64,000 nt of DNA from a virus, in IMG/VR virus record IMGVR_UViG_2887836811_000001, positions 19,490 through 83,489 of that record; one strand, given 5' to 3'. Both the position numbers and the translations under genes were made by a program. The notes under the pieces are model-generated. The model searched no databases and was not told the origin of the DNA. It saw nothing but the letters and a program-made list of their open reading frames with translations. Positions 36,296 through 45,756 of this stretch are shown in pieces; the stretch's first letter is position 1; each line of letters opens with the position of its first letter.

Positions 36296-38344
36296 ATGAC
36301 GGTCAATCCGCAGTCCCCCGCCCCCGCCGGATTCAGGCTCAACAGCCTGTTCTCCGGCGGGGGCACCTTCGACCACGGTGCGCAGATGGCCGGGTGGCAG
36401 ACCGTCAGCCTGTGCGAGTTCGACCCGGACGCCCAGGACATCCTCACCGCCCACCACCCCCGCACGCCCCTGCACCCCGACATCCGCGCCCTGAACGGCG
36501 CCCACCTGCCCGACGCGGAACTCGTCATGGGTGGGAGCCCCTGCCAGTCCCTCAGCGCCGCCGGGAAGCGTGCGGGTATCCGCATCGACTCGCTCAGCGC
36601 GTACCTCGCGCACCGCGACGACCCCACCCTCCAGGCCGAACTGAGCGCCAGCAGCCTGTACTGGGAGATGGTGCGCGTCGCTCAGGAGAAGCATGCCGCC
36701 ACACGAGGGGCTTTTCCCCGATTCGTCCTCTGGGAGAACGTCCCCGGAGCCTTCAGCAGCAATGGCGGCGAGGACTTCCGCGTCGTCCTCTCCGGCTTCC
36801 TCGGCCGGGACGTTCCACTTCCTCGATCTGGAAAGTGGCAGCGCGCCGGCGTGGTCCGTGGAAACGGACGCGAGATCGCTTGGCGCACCCTGGACTCTCA
36901 ACACTTCGGTGTGCCCCAACGGCGCAACCGCATCTTCCTTATCGTCGATCTTGCAGGCCACCGTGCATCCGAAATACTTCTTGAGCCCCACGGCGTGTCG
37001 GGGCATCCTGCGCCGCGCGCAGGCCAGGGGCAAGACGCTCCCGCCCCTGCTCACGCAGGCCCTGACGTACCAGGCGAGCCGCGCGCCGTCGACTGCCGGA
37101 ACCTGAGAGTCACGCCGCTGAGTGGCACCCTTCAGGCCAAGACGACGGGCGGCCAGTCCCTGAACTACGTCAACCCCGTCATGGTGCCCACGCTCGCCAC
37201 GGTGGACGGGATCGCCAGCACCCTCACCCGTATGAGCAACGGCGCGGGCACCGGGCACAGCAGTCCACGCGGGGATGGGAGCGACAACCTTGTCGTGCAG
37301 CCCCTCGGGTTCGACTGCAAGGCCAGCAACGTCCAGGTGCTCGACGATGCGAGCGTCACCCTGCGCGCCATGAGCACCGCCAGTTCGGACACCAACATCA
37401 GCGGTGGCGGTCACGCGGCCGTCGCCGTGCCCGCGTTCGACCCGGCCCGGGCGCTGCTCGGCAAGAAAGGGTGGCGTGGGGACGGGGAGAGTGACAACTT
37501 CGTCGTCACTCTCCCCTACACCGTAGACATCAAACGCGGACTGGCTCCCCACGGGCAAGTTGTCATGGGCGAAGTGGCCGCCACTTTGACCGCATCCGAT
37601 CACAAGGACCCCCCCCTTGTGCTTAGTGGGCCGCTCGCCTTCCACCTGCTGCAAGACCCGATCAGCACACCCGGCATCACGCCCTGCCTCAGCGCGGGCA
37701 ACAGCGACCAGGGACAGGCGAGCATCGGCGTGGTGCTGGCGTTTAGCGCCACGCAGGAAGGGGGACAGGCAGGTGGGGCCGTCACGCCCCCGCTCTCGGC
37801 CAGCGACGGCGGATTGAACACCCCCTGCGTGGCAATCAATCAGAACGGCAGTGATGTGCAGGTCAGTAACATTGCCGCCTGTCTCACCACAGCGGCAGGC
37901 AAGACCGCGAGTGGAACGATGATCGCCCTGCCCGCCGCCGCAGTCCAGCAGAACGTCCTGTCCTTCCAGCAGAACAGCATGCAGGGCACCGGCACGCTCG
38001 GCGTGGACGAGGACACCCGCGTGCTGCGGCCCGTCAAGCCGCAGGGCGATCATCAGATGATCGCCCTGCCCCCCGCGTACGCCGTGCGTCGACTCACGCC
38101 CGTGGAGTGCGAGCGACTCCAGGCGCTCCCGGACGACTTCACGCTCGTCACGCGACGGAACGGGAAAACCATGCCGGACAGCGCCCGGTACCGCATCTGC
38201 GGGAACGGCGGCACCGCGACCGTCATCCAGTGGCTGCTCACCCGCATGAGCGGCGTCCTCGTCACGCCCACCCCAGTCCCCGCCCCGCTGCCCGCCCCCC
38301 GGGTCGCGCTGGACATGCCCAGCCTGTTCGGAGATCCTGCATGA
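36296..38344 (+). CDS. DNA (cytosine-5)-methyltransferase with very long variable region
   Basis: SLFSGGG, GGSPCQ, WENVPG, VPQRRNRIF, VRRLTPVECERLQ, RYRICGNG. Confidence 0.9.
   Translation: MTVNPQSPAPAGFRLNSLFSGGGTFDHGAQMAGWQTVSLCEFDPDAQDILTAHHPRTPLHPDIRALNGAHLPDAELVMGGSPCQSLSAAGKRAGIRIDSLSAYLAHRDDPTLQAELSASSLYWEMVRVAQEKHAATRGAFPRFVLWENVPGAFSSNGGEDFRVVLSGFLGRDVPLPRSGKWQRAGVVRGNGREIAWRTLDSQHFGVPQRRNRIFLIVDLAGHRASEILLEPHGVSGHPAPRAGQGQDAPAPAHAGPDVPGEPRAVDCRNLRVTPLSGTLQAKTTGGQSLNYVNPVMVPTLATVDGIASTLTRMSNGAGTGHSSPRGDGSDNLVVQPLGFDCKASNVQVLDDASVTLRAMSTASSDTNISGGGHAAVAVPAFDPARALLGKKGWRGDGESDNFVVTLPYTVDIKRGLAPHGQVVMGEVAATLTASDHKDPPLVLSGPLAFHLLQDPISTPGITPCLSAGNSDQGQASIGVVLAFSATQEGGQAGGAVTPPLSASDGGLNTPCVAINQNGSDVQVSNIAACLTTAAGKTASGTMIALPAAAVQQNVLSFQQNSMQGTGTLGVDEDTRVLRPVKPQGDHQMIALPPAYAVRRLTPVECERLQALPDDFTLVTRRNGKTMPDSARYRICGNGGTATVIQWLLTRMSGVLVTPTPVPAPLPAPRVALDMPSLFGDPA
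36693..37106 (+). CDS. alternative-frame ORF nested in the C5-MTase (beta-subunit-like)
   Basis: SSLSSILQATVHPKYFLSPTACRGILRRAQARGKTLP in the +1 frame; start position is uncertain. Confidence 0.5.
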   Translation: MPPHEGLFPDSSSGRTSPEPSAAMAARTSASSSPASSAGTFHFLDLESGSAPAWSVETDARSLGAPWTLNTSVCPNGATASSLSSILQATVHPKYFLSPTACRGILRRAQARGKTLPPLLTQALTYQASRAPSTAGT

Positions 38345-38814
38345 CCGAGCCCATCCTCCTCCCGGACGGCCGCGCCGTGAGGGTGCTGCGCAGCGTGACC
38401 TTCACGCTGACCGGCACCCCCCTGATCGGCACCAATGACCTGAAGCGCAAGCACCCCCGCGAGTACGCCGCGCACCGCCGCGACCTCGCGCAGCAGGTGC
38501 AGGTGGCCCTCGCTCAGCAGGGCGTCCGCACCGGCACGGCCGCGTGGGTGCCCTGGGAGCACGTGACGGTCGCCGTGGCCCTCCGTCACCCTGGCAGCTT
38601 CGACGCGGACAACAAGCACGGGTGCCTGAAGGCCCTGTTCGACGTGCTCCAGCGTCCGCACGTCACCCGCAACCCGGACGGCCTGGGCCTCATCCACGAC
38701 GACAGTGACGGCGAGTACGGGCGCGGCGGGTGCATTCAGTCCAGCCTCGTGCGGCAGATTACCGGCAGCTGGGCGGTCACGGTGGAAGTCCGGCAGGTGC
38801 AGGTGCACGCGTGA
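38341..38814 (+). CDS. RusA-like Holliday junction resolvase
   Basis: DADNKHGCLKALFDVL...GLIHDDS. Confidence 0.7.
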   Translation: MTEPILLPDGRAVRVLRSVTFTLTGTPLIGTNDLKRKHPREYAAHRRDLAQQVQVALAQQGVRTGTAAWVPWEHVTVAVALRHPGSFDADNKHGCLKALFDVLQRPHVTRNPDGLGLIHDDSDGEYGRGGCIQSSLVRQITGSWAVTVEVRQVQVHA

Positions 38815-39353
38815 GCCCCCGCCCCGGTCCGTTCAACGAGTACCGCGTCGAGGGGGATACGGCGGTGCTCGTGCTGCGCTGCACGCGCGGCCCGAAGAAA
38901 GGCGAGGTGGTCGGGGAGACCCGCATCGACGCCGCCGACCTGCCTGCCCTGATCGAGGACGGCCGCCCCTGGTCCCTGCACAGCACCGGGTACGCGTGGC
39001 GGGGCGAACGTCACGGTGGGAAGTTCTACGCCGTGATGCTCCACCGGCAACTCGTCAACCCGCCGGACGACCTCGTGATCGACCACCTGAACCGCGACCG
39101 GCTCGACAACCGCCGCGCGAACCTGCGCGTCTGCACGCAGGTCGAGAACATGGCGAACCTTCCGAGGATCAGCACCAACACCTCTGGCGTGAAGAACGTG
39201 TACGTCGCCTCCCGTAGCGTCCGGCGTCCGTTCATCGTGCAGATCCGGCGGCATGGGAAGGGCCTATTCCGCTGCCCGTGCCGCACGCTCAACGTCGCCC
39301 GCATCACCGCGTCCCTCGCCCGCCGCGAGCACGACGGGGCGGACTACGCGTGA
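38811..39353 (+). CDS. HNH endonuclease
   Basis: MLHRQL...IDHLNRDRLDNRRANLR. Confidence 0.85.
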   Translation: MSPRPGPFNEYRVEGDTAVLVLRCTRGPKKGEVVGETRIDAADLPALIEDGRPWSLHSTGYAWRGERHGGKFYAVMLHRQLVNPPDDLVIDHLNRDRLDNRRANLRVCTQVENMANLPRISTNTSGVKNVYVASRSVRRPFIVQIRRHGKGLFRCPCRTLNVARITASLARREHDGADYA

Positions 39354-39649
39354 AGGATTTCCGCCTGGACGTGCACCTGTGGGGCGTGAACACCGACGAG
39401 CGCGCCACGCCCGAGTTGCGCTTCATCACGCTCGGGCAGCAGGTGCGCCTGCACCGCCTGTTCGCGCAGGTCCTCGGGCGCAGCCCCCGCCCCGGTGAGC
39501 ACCAGCAGGCCGCGACCGTCCTCCTGGGCCGCCGCGTCACCACCTTCCGCGCCATCCGCCACTTCGAGTTCCGCCGCCTGTACGACGTGCTCGGCACGCA
39601 ACTCGACGAGCACCCCGCCGCCCCCTACGGGGAAGGAGACTACCGATGA
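39350..39649 (+). CDS. hypothetical protein
   Basis: GTGA/ATGA coupling. Confidence 0.55.
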   Translation: MKDFRLDVHLWGVNTDERATPELRFITLGQQVRLHRLFAQVLGRSPRPGEHQQAATVLLGRRVTTFRAIRHFEFRRLYDVLGTQLDEHPAAPYGEGDYR

Positions 39650-40044
39650 CCCGCATCCGACTGCAGGACCGCGCCGCCACCGCCGCCGCCCAGGTCACCA
39701 GTGAGCGCGTGACGATCGCCGCGCAGAACGTCTACAAGGCCCTCACCGCGACGTTCAGCGCGGAGGACGCGCAGGACGCCACGTACCACCTCCTCACCCG
39801 CTACCACCAGGGCGGGCCGTTCGTGATCGCCACGCTCGACGGCATGATCTTCAGTGAACGCGAGGGCGCCGCGCAGGTCCTGCTGTTCCCGAAGGACTGG
39901 GAGCACGCGAGCGGCTGGCGTCGCCTGAACGGCATTGCGGATCTGAACGACCTCATCATGGCCGCCCTGACCGGCGCGGACGAGATGCGCGCGAAGTTCC
40001 CCAGTGTCTTCAAGCATCAACTCACCACTCCCGAGGCGCCGTGA
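39646..40044 (+). CDS. hypothetical protein
   Basis: AAGGAG RBS; coupled. Confidence 0.65.
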   Translation: MTRIRLQDRAATAAAQVTSERVTIAAQNVYKALTATFSAEDAQDATYHLLTRYHQGGPFVIATLDGMIFSEREGAAQVLLFPKDWEHASGWRRLNGIADLNDLIMAALTGADEMRAKFPSVFKHQLTTPEAP

Positions 40045-40778
40045 AGCTCCGCTGCGCGCCCGCCCAGCTGGGCACGCAGGTCACGCGCTGGCACGCGAAC
40101 GCCGTCATGCGCGCCCTGCACCGGGGCCCCGTCACCGAGCACGCGCTGCCCGGCACGTGGCGCGGCACCAGCCGCCCCCCGAACGCCACGGTGGAACTGC
40201 CCCGGTCGTTCATCATGGAGGACTTCTTCAAGGTCCAGAAGCGCATCGACCGCAGCGAGCGCCTGATCGACACCTGGGGCGGGGAGGCGCCCGCCGAACT
40301 GCGCAGCGACTACCAGCGCCTCATCCGCCGCCGGGACGCGCTGCTCGACGAGGCCCGGCAGGCGCTCGACAAGACGCCCGAGTGGCCGTTCGTGGCCGGC
40401 CTGTACGCCCTGCATGTCCCCGCGCTGGACGTGCAGGCAGGCGTGCTCCACCTGCGCGTCCCGGCCCGCACCTGCTACCGCCACATCGACGTCCACGACG
40501 ACGACCCGATCTGGCCGACCGTGAAGGCCGCGCTGAACAAGACCCCGCGCGGCGCGACCGATCAGCCCGGCCGGCCCTTCCGCGCGCAGACGCAGGACGG
40601 CAAACGCACCCTCCAGCGGGAAGTCAGTGTCGCCACGAGCGCCCTGACCGACTGGCTCGCCGCGCTCGTGCCGAAGCTCGACATGGACGTCCTGGCGGAC
40701 GGCGACTACCTCGTGCCCGTCACGGAAACCCCCGACCCGTACACCCCGTTCCTCGTGCTCACCGGAGACATCGCATGA
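40041..40778 (+). CDS. hypothetical protein
   Basis: Coupled, with host-like codon usage. Confidence 0.65.
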   Translation: MKLRCAPAQLGTQVTRWHANAVMRALHRGPVTEHALPGTWRGTSRPPNATVELPRSFIMEDFFKVQKRIDRSERLIDTWGGEAPAELRSDYQRLIRRRDALLDEARQALDKTPEWPFVAGLYALHVPALDVQAGVLHLRVPARTCYRHIDVHDDDPIWPTVKAALNKTPRGATDQPGRPFRAQTQDGKRTLQREVSVATSALTDWLAALVPKLDMDVLADGDYLVPVTETPDPYTPFLVLTGDIA

Positions 40779-41251
40779 TCGAACCCGACTACTGGATCAG
40801 ACAGAACGCGCACCTGCTCGGCGTTGACGAGACCCTCGTGAACCCCGCGAGTGTCGACGTGCGCCTCAGCGCGAACGCCCTCATGAGCTTCGCGGAGGGC
40901 AGCACCGTCCCCCTGAACTTCCGCCCCGACGAGGACGCGCTCCTGCGGCCCGGCGCGCTGTACCTGCTGTGCACCGAGGAACTCGTCAGCGTTCCCGACA
41001 CGCACGCCGCGCAGCTCCTCCTGAAGTCCAGCCGCAAGCGCGAGGGCCTCATCAGCAGCGATGTGGGCTGGGTGGACCCCGGGTACACCGGGACGCTCAC
41101 GCTGCCCGTCACGGTCGCCAAGCCCACCCGCGTCCGCGCCGGCATGCGGATCGCCCAGCTGATCTTCATGCGCATGGTCGCCATGCCCGAGCAGCCGTAC
41201 CAGGGGCACTATCAGGGCAGCACCGGCCCCACCGGATCGAGAACGTCATGA
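40775..41251 (+). CDS. dcd: dCTP deaminase / trimeric dUTPase family
   Basis: VNPASVDVRL, KSSRKREG, GWVDPGYTG, RIAQLIF, YQGHYQG. Confidence 0.8.
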   Translation: MIEPDYWIRQNAHLLGVDETLVNPASVDVRLSANALMSFAEGSTVPLNFRPDEDALLRPGALYLLCTEELVSVPDTHAAQLLLKSSRKREGLISSDVGWVDPGYTGTLTLPVTVAKPTRVRAGMRIAQLIFMRMVAMPEQPYQGHYQGSTGPTGSRTS

Positions 41252-41586
41252 GCGACCCCGTGTTCAGCGACGTGCACGCCCGCCTGAAGACCGAGCTGCG
41301 CCGCCAGCAGGAGATCAACCCGAACGGCAGTCTCGTGACGCTCCTGCAGGACACCCTCGCGTACATCGACGTGCCGGACGGCACCCCGGACGTGGCCGAG
41401 GGCGAGAACGACACGCGGCGCCTGCTCGCGCACATCCGCCTGCACCCCTACCGCGCCCTGGGCTGGCACACCCGCCGCCTGGGCATCTACCACCCGCGCG
41501 CCGTGACGGTCACCAGGACCCTCATCGAGGCGGGCACCATCCAGCAGAAAACCGTCAAGGTCCTGATCCTGAAGGAGACGCCATGA
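41248..41586 (+). CDS. winged-helix-like protein (paralog A)
   Basis: Coupled; shares motifs with the next ORF. Confidence 0.6.
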   Translation: MSDPVFSDVHARLKTELRRQQEINPNGSLVTLLQDTLAYIDVPDGTPDVAEGENDTRRLLAHIRLHPYRALGWHTRRLGIYHPRAVTVTRTLIEAGTIQQKTVKVLILKETP

Positions 41587-41942
41587 ACCCGCACGCCGAA
41601 CTGCCGCCCCGCGCACAACTCGGGGACCTCGTGTACCGCGTCCGCGAGGCCCTCGCCGCCGAGGAGGCCAGCGACCCGGCCGGGCCGACCGCGCGCCTGC
41701 TGCGCGACATGCTCGACTACGTGGACGCCCCGCCCACCACGCGCGTGCGCGGCCTGCGGGACACGATGCTCGACCGTCTACACCGCCAGGTGTACCTCTA
41801 CCGGGGCCGGTCCCTGCGCTGGCACGCTGAGCGCCTCGGGGTGGACGCGGACCAACTGCGTCACCTCATGTACGACCTGGAGGAGCGGGGCGCCGTGCAC
41901 CGCCGGCCCTTCACGGCCCTGTTCCTCGGACCCAAACCGTGA
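41583..41942 (+). CDS. winged-helix-like protein (paralog B)
   Basis: SLRWHAERLGV...LEERGAV. Confidence 0.6.
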   Translation: MNPHAELPPRAQLGDLVYRVREALAAEEASDPAGPTARLLRDMLDYVDAPPTTRVRGLRDTMLDRLHRQVYLYRGRSLRWHAERLGVDADQLRHLMYDLEERGAVHRRPFTALFLGPKP

Positions 41943-42499
41943 CCCTCACCCGCCGCGTCACGACCGGCCTGATCGAGGTGTACGCGCCGGACTTCATGCG
42001 CTTCGTTCATGAACGCCGCGACCCCTGCCCGATGTTCCCGTGGGATGGTGTAGAGCGTCTTGAATTGCACCACCTCGGCCAGCCGGGCGAACGCGGGTGG
42101 AGCATGCGCCGCCGGAACGACGGGATCGGCGTCCTGATCCCCGCGAGTGTCCACGCGCGGCACACCGAGTGGGAAGCGGACGCCGGACTGCTCGCCGCGT
42201 GCGTCGCGTACGCCCTGGCGGACTTCCTGCAGTGGCTCGCGGACCCGGAGGACACCGAGCCCCGCCACGGCGACCCGCTCACCCGCATCGTGCAGGCCGC
42301 GCTGGTGCTCGCGCAGCGGTCCCAGGACCCGCACGACTGGCAGATCGGCTTCGGCTCCCGCGCGAACGCCCTGCGTCTCCTGAACGAAAGCCGCGTCCGC
42401 GCGCAGAACCTCGCCCGACTCGACAACGCCAGTCCCGAACTGCTCGCCGCGCTCGAACAGATTGCGCAGGCCGAGAAAACCCTGATGGAGGGAAGCTGA
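41939..42499 (+). CDS. hypothetical protein, possible His-Me finger (DUF968/Ref-like)
   Basis: ELHH...GWSMRRRND...VHARH. Confidence 0.45.
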   Translation: MTLTRRVTTGLIEVYAPDFMRFVHERRDPCPMFPWDGVERLELHHLGQPGERGWSMRRRNDGIGVLIPASVHARHTEWEADAGLLAACVAYALADFLQWLADPEDTEPRHGDPLTRIVQAALVLAQRSQDPHDWQIGFGSRANALRLLNESRVRAQNLARLDNASPELLAALEQIAQAEKTLMEGS

Positions 42500-43152
42500 T
42501 GCGCGAACCGCTGCTGAGAAAACGCCTGGGCGACTACGACGCCCGCACGCACCTGGAAGTGAACGTCACCCGCGAGTGGGGCGGGGTCGGCGTGAGCCTT
42601 ACCCGCGACATCGAGCAGGGCGTCCTGGCCGTCCGCCTGCCGTTCCTGAAGCTGTACCTCGTCTCGGAAGCCTGGAGTTACGATCCGCCCAAAGGCATCG
42701 AGGAGTATCGCCTGAGTGTGGACGTCCACAGCTGGGCCGTCTGGGTGTACCCGGGGCGCGTCCCGTGGATGCGCGGCCCGAAGGCCCCGCCGTACGTGCT
42801 GCACATCCCGCACCTGGAGTGGCGGTGCGAGACGCTGGAGCGGGACAAACAGGATCACGGGCACCACCTGTACACCTATCAGTGGAAGTATCACCCGCAG
42901 GTCGTGCAGCACGTTTCCGCACACGTGACGAGCAGTGAGCGCGTCGACCGCCTGAAGTTCGGCCCCTGGCGGCTCCCCTGGCGCCGCACCAGCCGCAGCC
43001 TGTGGGTGGAGTTCAGCGAGGAGATGGGCGACGAACGCGGCGGCTGGAAAGGCGGCGCGCTCGGCGCAGGCTTCGAGGTGCGCCCCGGGCAGACCTGGCA
43101 GGAAGCGTACCGCCAGATGCAGAAGGAACGCATCTTCTGCCGGGGGAAGTGA
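42499..43152 (+). CDS. Trp-rich hypothetical protein
   Basis: TGATG coupling. Confidence 0.6.
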   Translation: MREPLLRKRLGDYDARTHLEVNVTREWGGVGVSLTRDIEQGVLAVRLPFLKLYLVSEAWSYDPPKGIEEYRLSVDVHSWAVWVYPGRVPWMRGPKAPPYVLHIPHLEWRCETLERDKQDHGHHLYTYQWKYHPQVVQHVSAHVTSSERVDRLKFGPWRLPWRRTSRSLWVEFSEEMGDERGGWKGGALGAGFEVRPGQTWQEAYRQMQKERIFCRGK

Positions 43153-43610
43153 TGGGCTGGGTTGTCGTCGACGATGTGCCGACCTTCATCCCCGGGAAGC
43201 CGATCGTGCCGGCGTCCACGTCGGAAGGCCGGGCCGACGTCGTGAACCATATCCTTGACCGGTGGTTCTCGCGGACGGCCATGCGGGAACGCGAGCGGGC
43301 TTCCTTCGCGCGGCTCACTGGCATGGACTGGGGCGTACCAGACGAGTTCAACTGGGCCGCGCAGGCGCGTGTCGAGCATCCCGTCCCGGAACCGCGTGTC
43401 GGGGAGTTCGGTTTCCGGGACGCGGCGCGCGCCCGCGCCCTGGATGAACTCGTGGAGGCCGCTGTGCGCCTGTATCAGGTCCGGGACCTGCGGACCCGCG
43501 CGGCCCTGCGGGACCGGTTCATCCGGGAGATGCGCGCCGGTCATCCCGACCCGCAACCTCTCCCGCTCGGGCGGCCCACCGTGCGCCCCCAGCACCGGGG
43601 AGGGGAGTGA
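43152..43610 (+). CDS. hypothetical protein
   Basis: TGATG coupling. Confidence 0.55.
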   Translation: MGWVVVDDVPTFIPGKPIVPASTSEGRADVVNHILDRWFSRTAMRERERASFARLTGMDWGVPDEFNWAAQARVEHPVPEPRVGEFGFRDAARARALDELVEAAVRLYQVRDLRTRAALRDRFIREMRAGHPDPQPLPLGRPTVRPQHRGGE

Positions 43611-43879
43611 CGGTGGCCCGCAGCCGCTTCTTCAAGGACCCGCCCCGCCGCGTGGCCCAGCCGGACGAACTCAGTCTCCCGCGCGGGATGAGCATGGACC
43701 GTGTGCGCGCCACCGCCCGCAGCGTCACGGCCCTCGTGCAGAAGCACGGCGGCACCATGCGCAAGTCGGAGATCCGCGAGGCGCTCGGGGAGGAGGTGGG
43801 CGTGCTGCGCTGCGCGTACCGGCACCTGCACCTGCGCCGCGAGGCCCACTGCACACACCTGGAGGTGACGCTGCTGTGA
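43607..43879 (+). CDS. small HTH-like protein
   Basis: MRKSEIREALG; coupled. Confidence 0.55.
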   Translation: MTVARSRFFKDPPRRVAQPDELSLPRGMSMDRVRATARSVTALVQKHGGTMRKSEIREALGEEVGVLRCAYRHLHLRREAHCTHLEVTLL

Positions 43880-44151
43880 GCGAGCAACTCGGCCCCGCCC
43901 TGAAGATTGCCCTGAAACGCGCCGCCACGACTGGGGAGGTGCAGCAGCTCAGCCTCGCGCGGGGCCTGAACGTCCGCGTGCGGGGCGCCCCGGAGCGCCT
44001 GTGCCTGTGGCGGGACACGGGTGAGTGGCAGGGTGACAAGCGCGCCGAGACCGAAGGCCACGTGTGCGCGAAGGTGCTCGGCTGGACGGAGCACACCGTC
44101 ACGTGGAGCGGGAAGTACCTGATCGTCGAACCCACCCAGGCCCTGCTGTGA
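43876..44151 (+). CDS. hypothetical protein
   Basis: GGAGGTG RBS, GTGA coupling. Confidence 0.6.
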   Translation: MSEQLGPALKIALKRAATTGEVQQLSLARGLNVRVRGAPERLCLWRDTGEWQGDKRAETEGHVCAKVLGWTEHTVTWSGKYLIVEPTQALL

Positions 44152-44171
44152 GCGGGGCGAAGGAGAGCAGC

Positions 44172-44501
44172 ATGTACGAGTTGACTGAAGTGGAGCGCGA
44201 GATCCTGAAGAACGCCGACTTCCCCAGCGCCCGCGAGACCCGCGAGGCGACAGCCCGGGACTACGAGAAGCGCCTGAAGCAGGAGACCGCGTGGCTGAAG
44301 GAACAGATCATCCGTGTCCGGGTCGCGCCGGACGCGCCGCAGCGCCTCACGCTGACCGAACGCTTCCCCTGTGAGGCCATTCAGCACTATCTTGCTGAAC
44401 TGGGCTACCGCATCGAGACGATCGGTGTGAATCAGGGCGTGATGATGCCCGTGCGCATGGACATCATCTGGGAGCCTGAACCCCCGCAGAAGGTGCGGTA
44501 A
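44172..44501 (+). CDS. hypothetical protein
   Basis: AAGGAG RBS. Confidence 0.65.
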   Translation: MYELTEVEREILKNADFPSARETREATARDYEKRLKQETAWLKEQIIRVRVAPDAPQRLTLTERFPCEAIQHYLAELGYRIETIGVNQGVMMPVRMDIIWEPEPPQKVR

Positions 44502-44763
44502 AGCCCGCGCAGCGCCGGATGCACCCCTCATGACTTGATGTGTCATGGGGGGTTACACTCGCGTATCTCAGCGTGGAGGTGCCGATCATGACAGCCTGAC
44601 TGCACGCGATGTCCACCACGACCTTCCCCTGCTAAGGACGTCCTGCATGACTTGGCCCAGATCACCTCCCATCTGAACCGACCGAACTGGCATGTGCGCG
44701 CGCCTCCCAGAAGGAATCCCCCCAGGGCCTCTTGAGCCTGGGGGGCGCGTTGTTGTCTGGGGG

Positions 44764-45699
44764 TCAACCCCAGAGGTGCTGGATCGCGGTGCGGGTGGTG
44801 TCGCCCGGGACCTGGACGTAACGGAGGGTGTCCTCCGGGCTGGCGTGCCCCAGGAGGCGCTGCACGTGCTCCAGGGGGACGTGCTTGTACAGTTCCGTCC
44901 CGGCGTGCTTGCGGCCGGCGTGGAAGCCGCGCCAGGGAACGCCAGCCGCCTGCGCGAGGCGATCGAGGCGGTCGTACGCGGTCGTGTAGGCCCGCACGGT
45001 CAGCACGAAGTCGTCGGTACCCAGCTGGCCGAGGGCGGCGACGGTGGGGCCGCTCAGGGGCACGGTGCGGGTCTTGCCGCCCTTGCCGTGGATGCGCGCG
45101 GTGCGTGAGTTCGTGTCCACGTCGCGCCACTGGAGGCCCAGCGCTTCCTGCACGCGCAGGCCGGCGTGGGCGCACAGCAGGATCAGGGCGCGGTCGCCGG
45201 GGTCGGTGGCGGCTGTCAGGAGGGCGCCGATCTGCTCGGCGGTGTACGGGGGGTGCTTCTCGACGCTGGGGGTGGGGTCGGTGGGAAGGCGCACGCCGTC
45301 GAACGGGTCGGGGGTGTTCAGGCCACTGTCGCGGAGAGCGGCGTACAGCTTGCGGATCGCGGCGACCCGCACGCGGATCGTGGCGGGGCTGAGGCCGCGC
45401 ACGCCGCTGTCCGCGAGGTACAGGCTGCCGGCGCGGGGGCCGGGGCGCAGGACGCTCGCGGCGCGGGTACCGAGCCACGCGGCCCAGTGCTCCACGCCGG
45501 CCCGGTAGGTGCGCTGGGTGGTGTCGGGGACGCGCTTCCCGGACTGGAGCTGGAAGGCCAGCATGATCTCCGTGAGGCTGCCCACGTCCCCCGTGCTCGC
45601 CGCACGGGCAGCCATCGCGCGGCGGGTGGCTTCGGGCTGGTGGTTGTGCAGGGCCGCGCGCTCCTGCACGTCGTCGGGGACGTACTTGATGATGGTCAT
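44764..45699 (-). CDS. tyrosine recombinase (XerC/D-like, probable dimer resolvase)
   Basis: AGLRVQE, GKGGKTR, HAGRK, LLGHAS and LRY give the R-K-H-R-H-Y catalytic set; ~310 aa with no arm-binding domain. Confidence 0.9.
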   Translation of the reverse strand: MTIIKYVPDDVQERAALHNHQPEATRRAMAARAASTGDVGSLTEIMLAFQLQSGKRVPDTTQRTYRAGVEHWAAWLGTRAASVLRPGPRAGSLYLADSGVRGLSPATIRVRVAAIRKLYAALRDSGLNTPDPFDGVRLPTDPTPSVEKHPPYTAEQIGALLTAATDPGDRALILLCAHAGLRVQEALGLQWRDVDTNSRTARIHGKGGKTRTVPLSGPTVAALGQLGTDDFVLTVRAYTTAYDRLDRLAQAAGVPWRGFHAGRKHAGTELYKHVPLEHVQRLLGHASPEDTLRYVQVPGDTTRTAIQHLWG

Positions 45700-45724
45700 G
45701 CCCCAGAGTGGCATACCCCCGAAT

Positions 45725-45756
45725 GTATGTCAAGACATACAGACATACAGACATAC
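45725..45756 (-). repeat. second parS-like array: three AGACATAC plus one inverted GTATGTCA
   Basis: Same 8-mer and 3+1 arrangement as 31654-31684; upstream of the recombinase. Confidence 0.75.
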
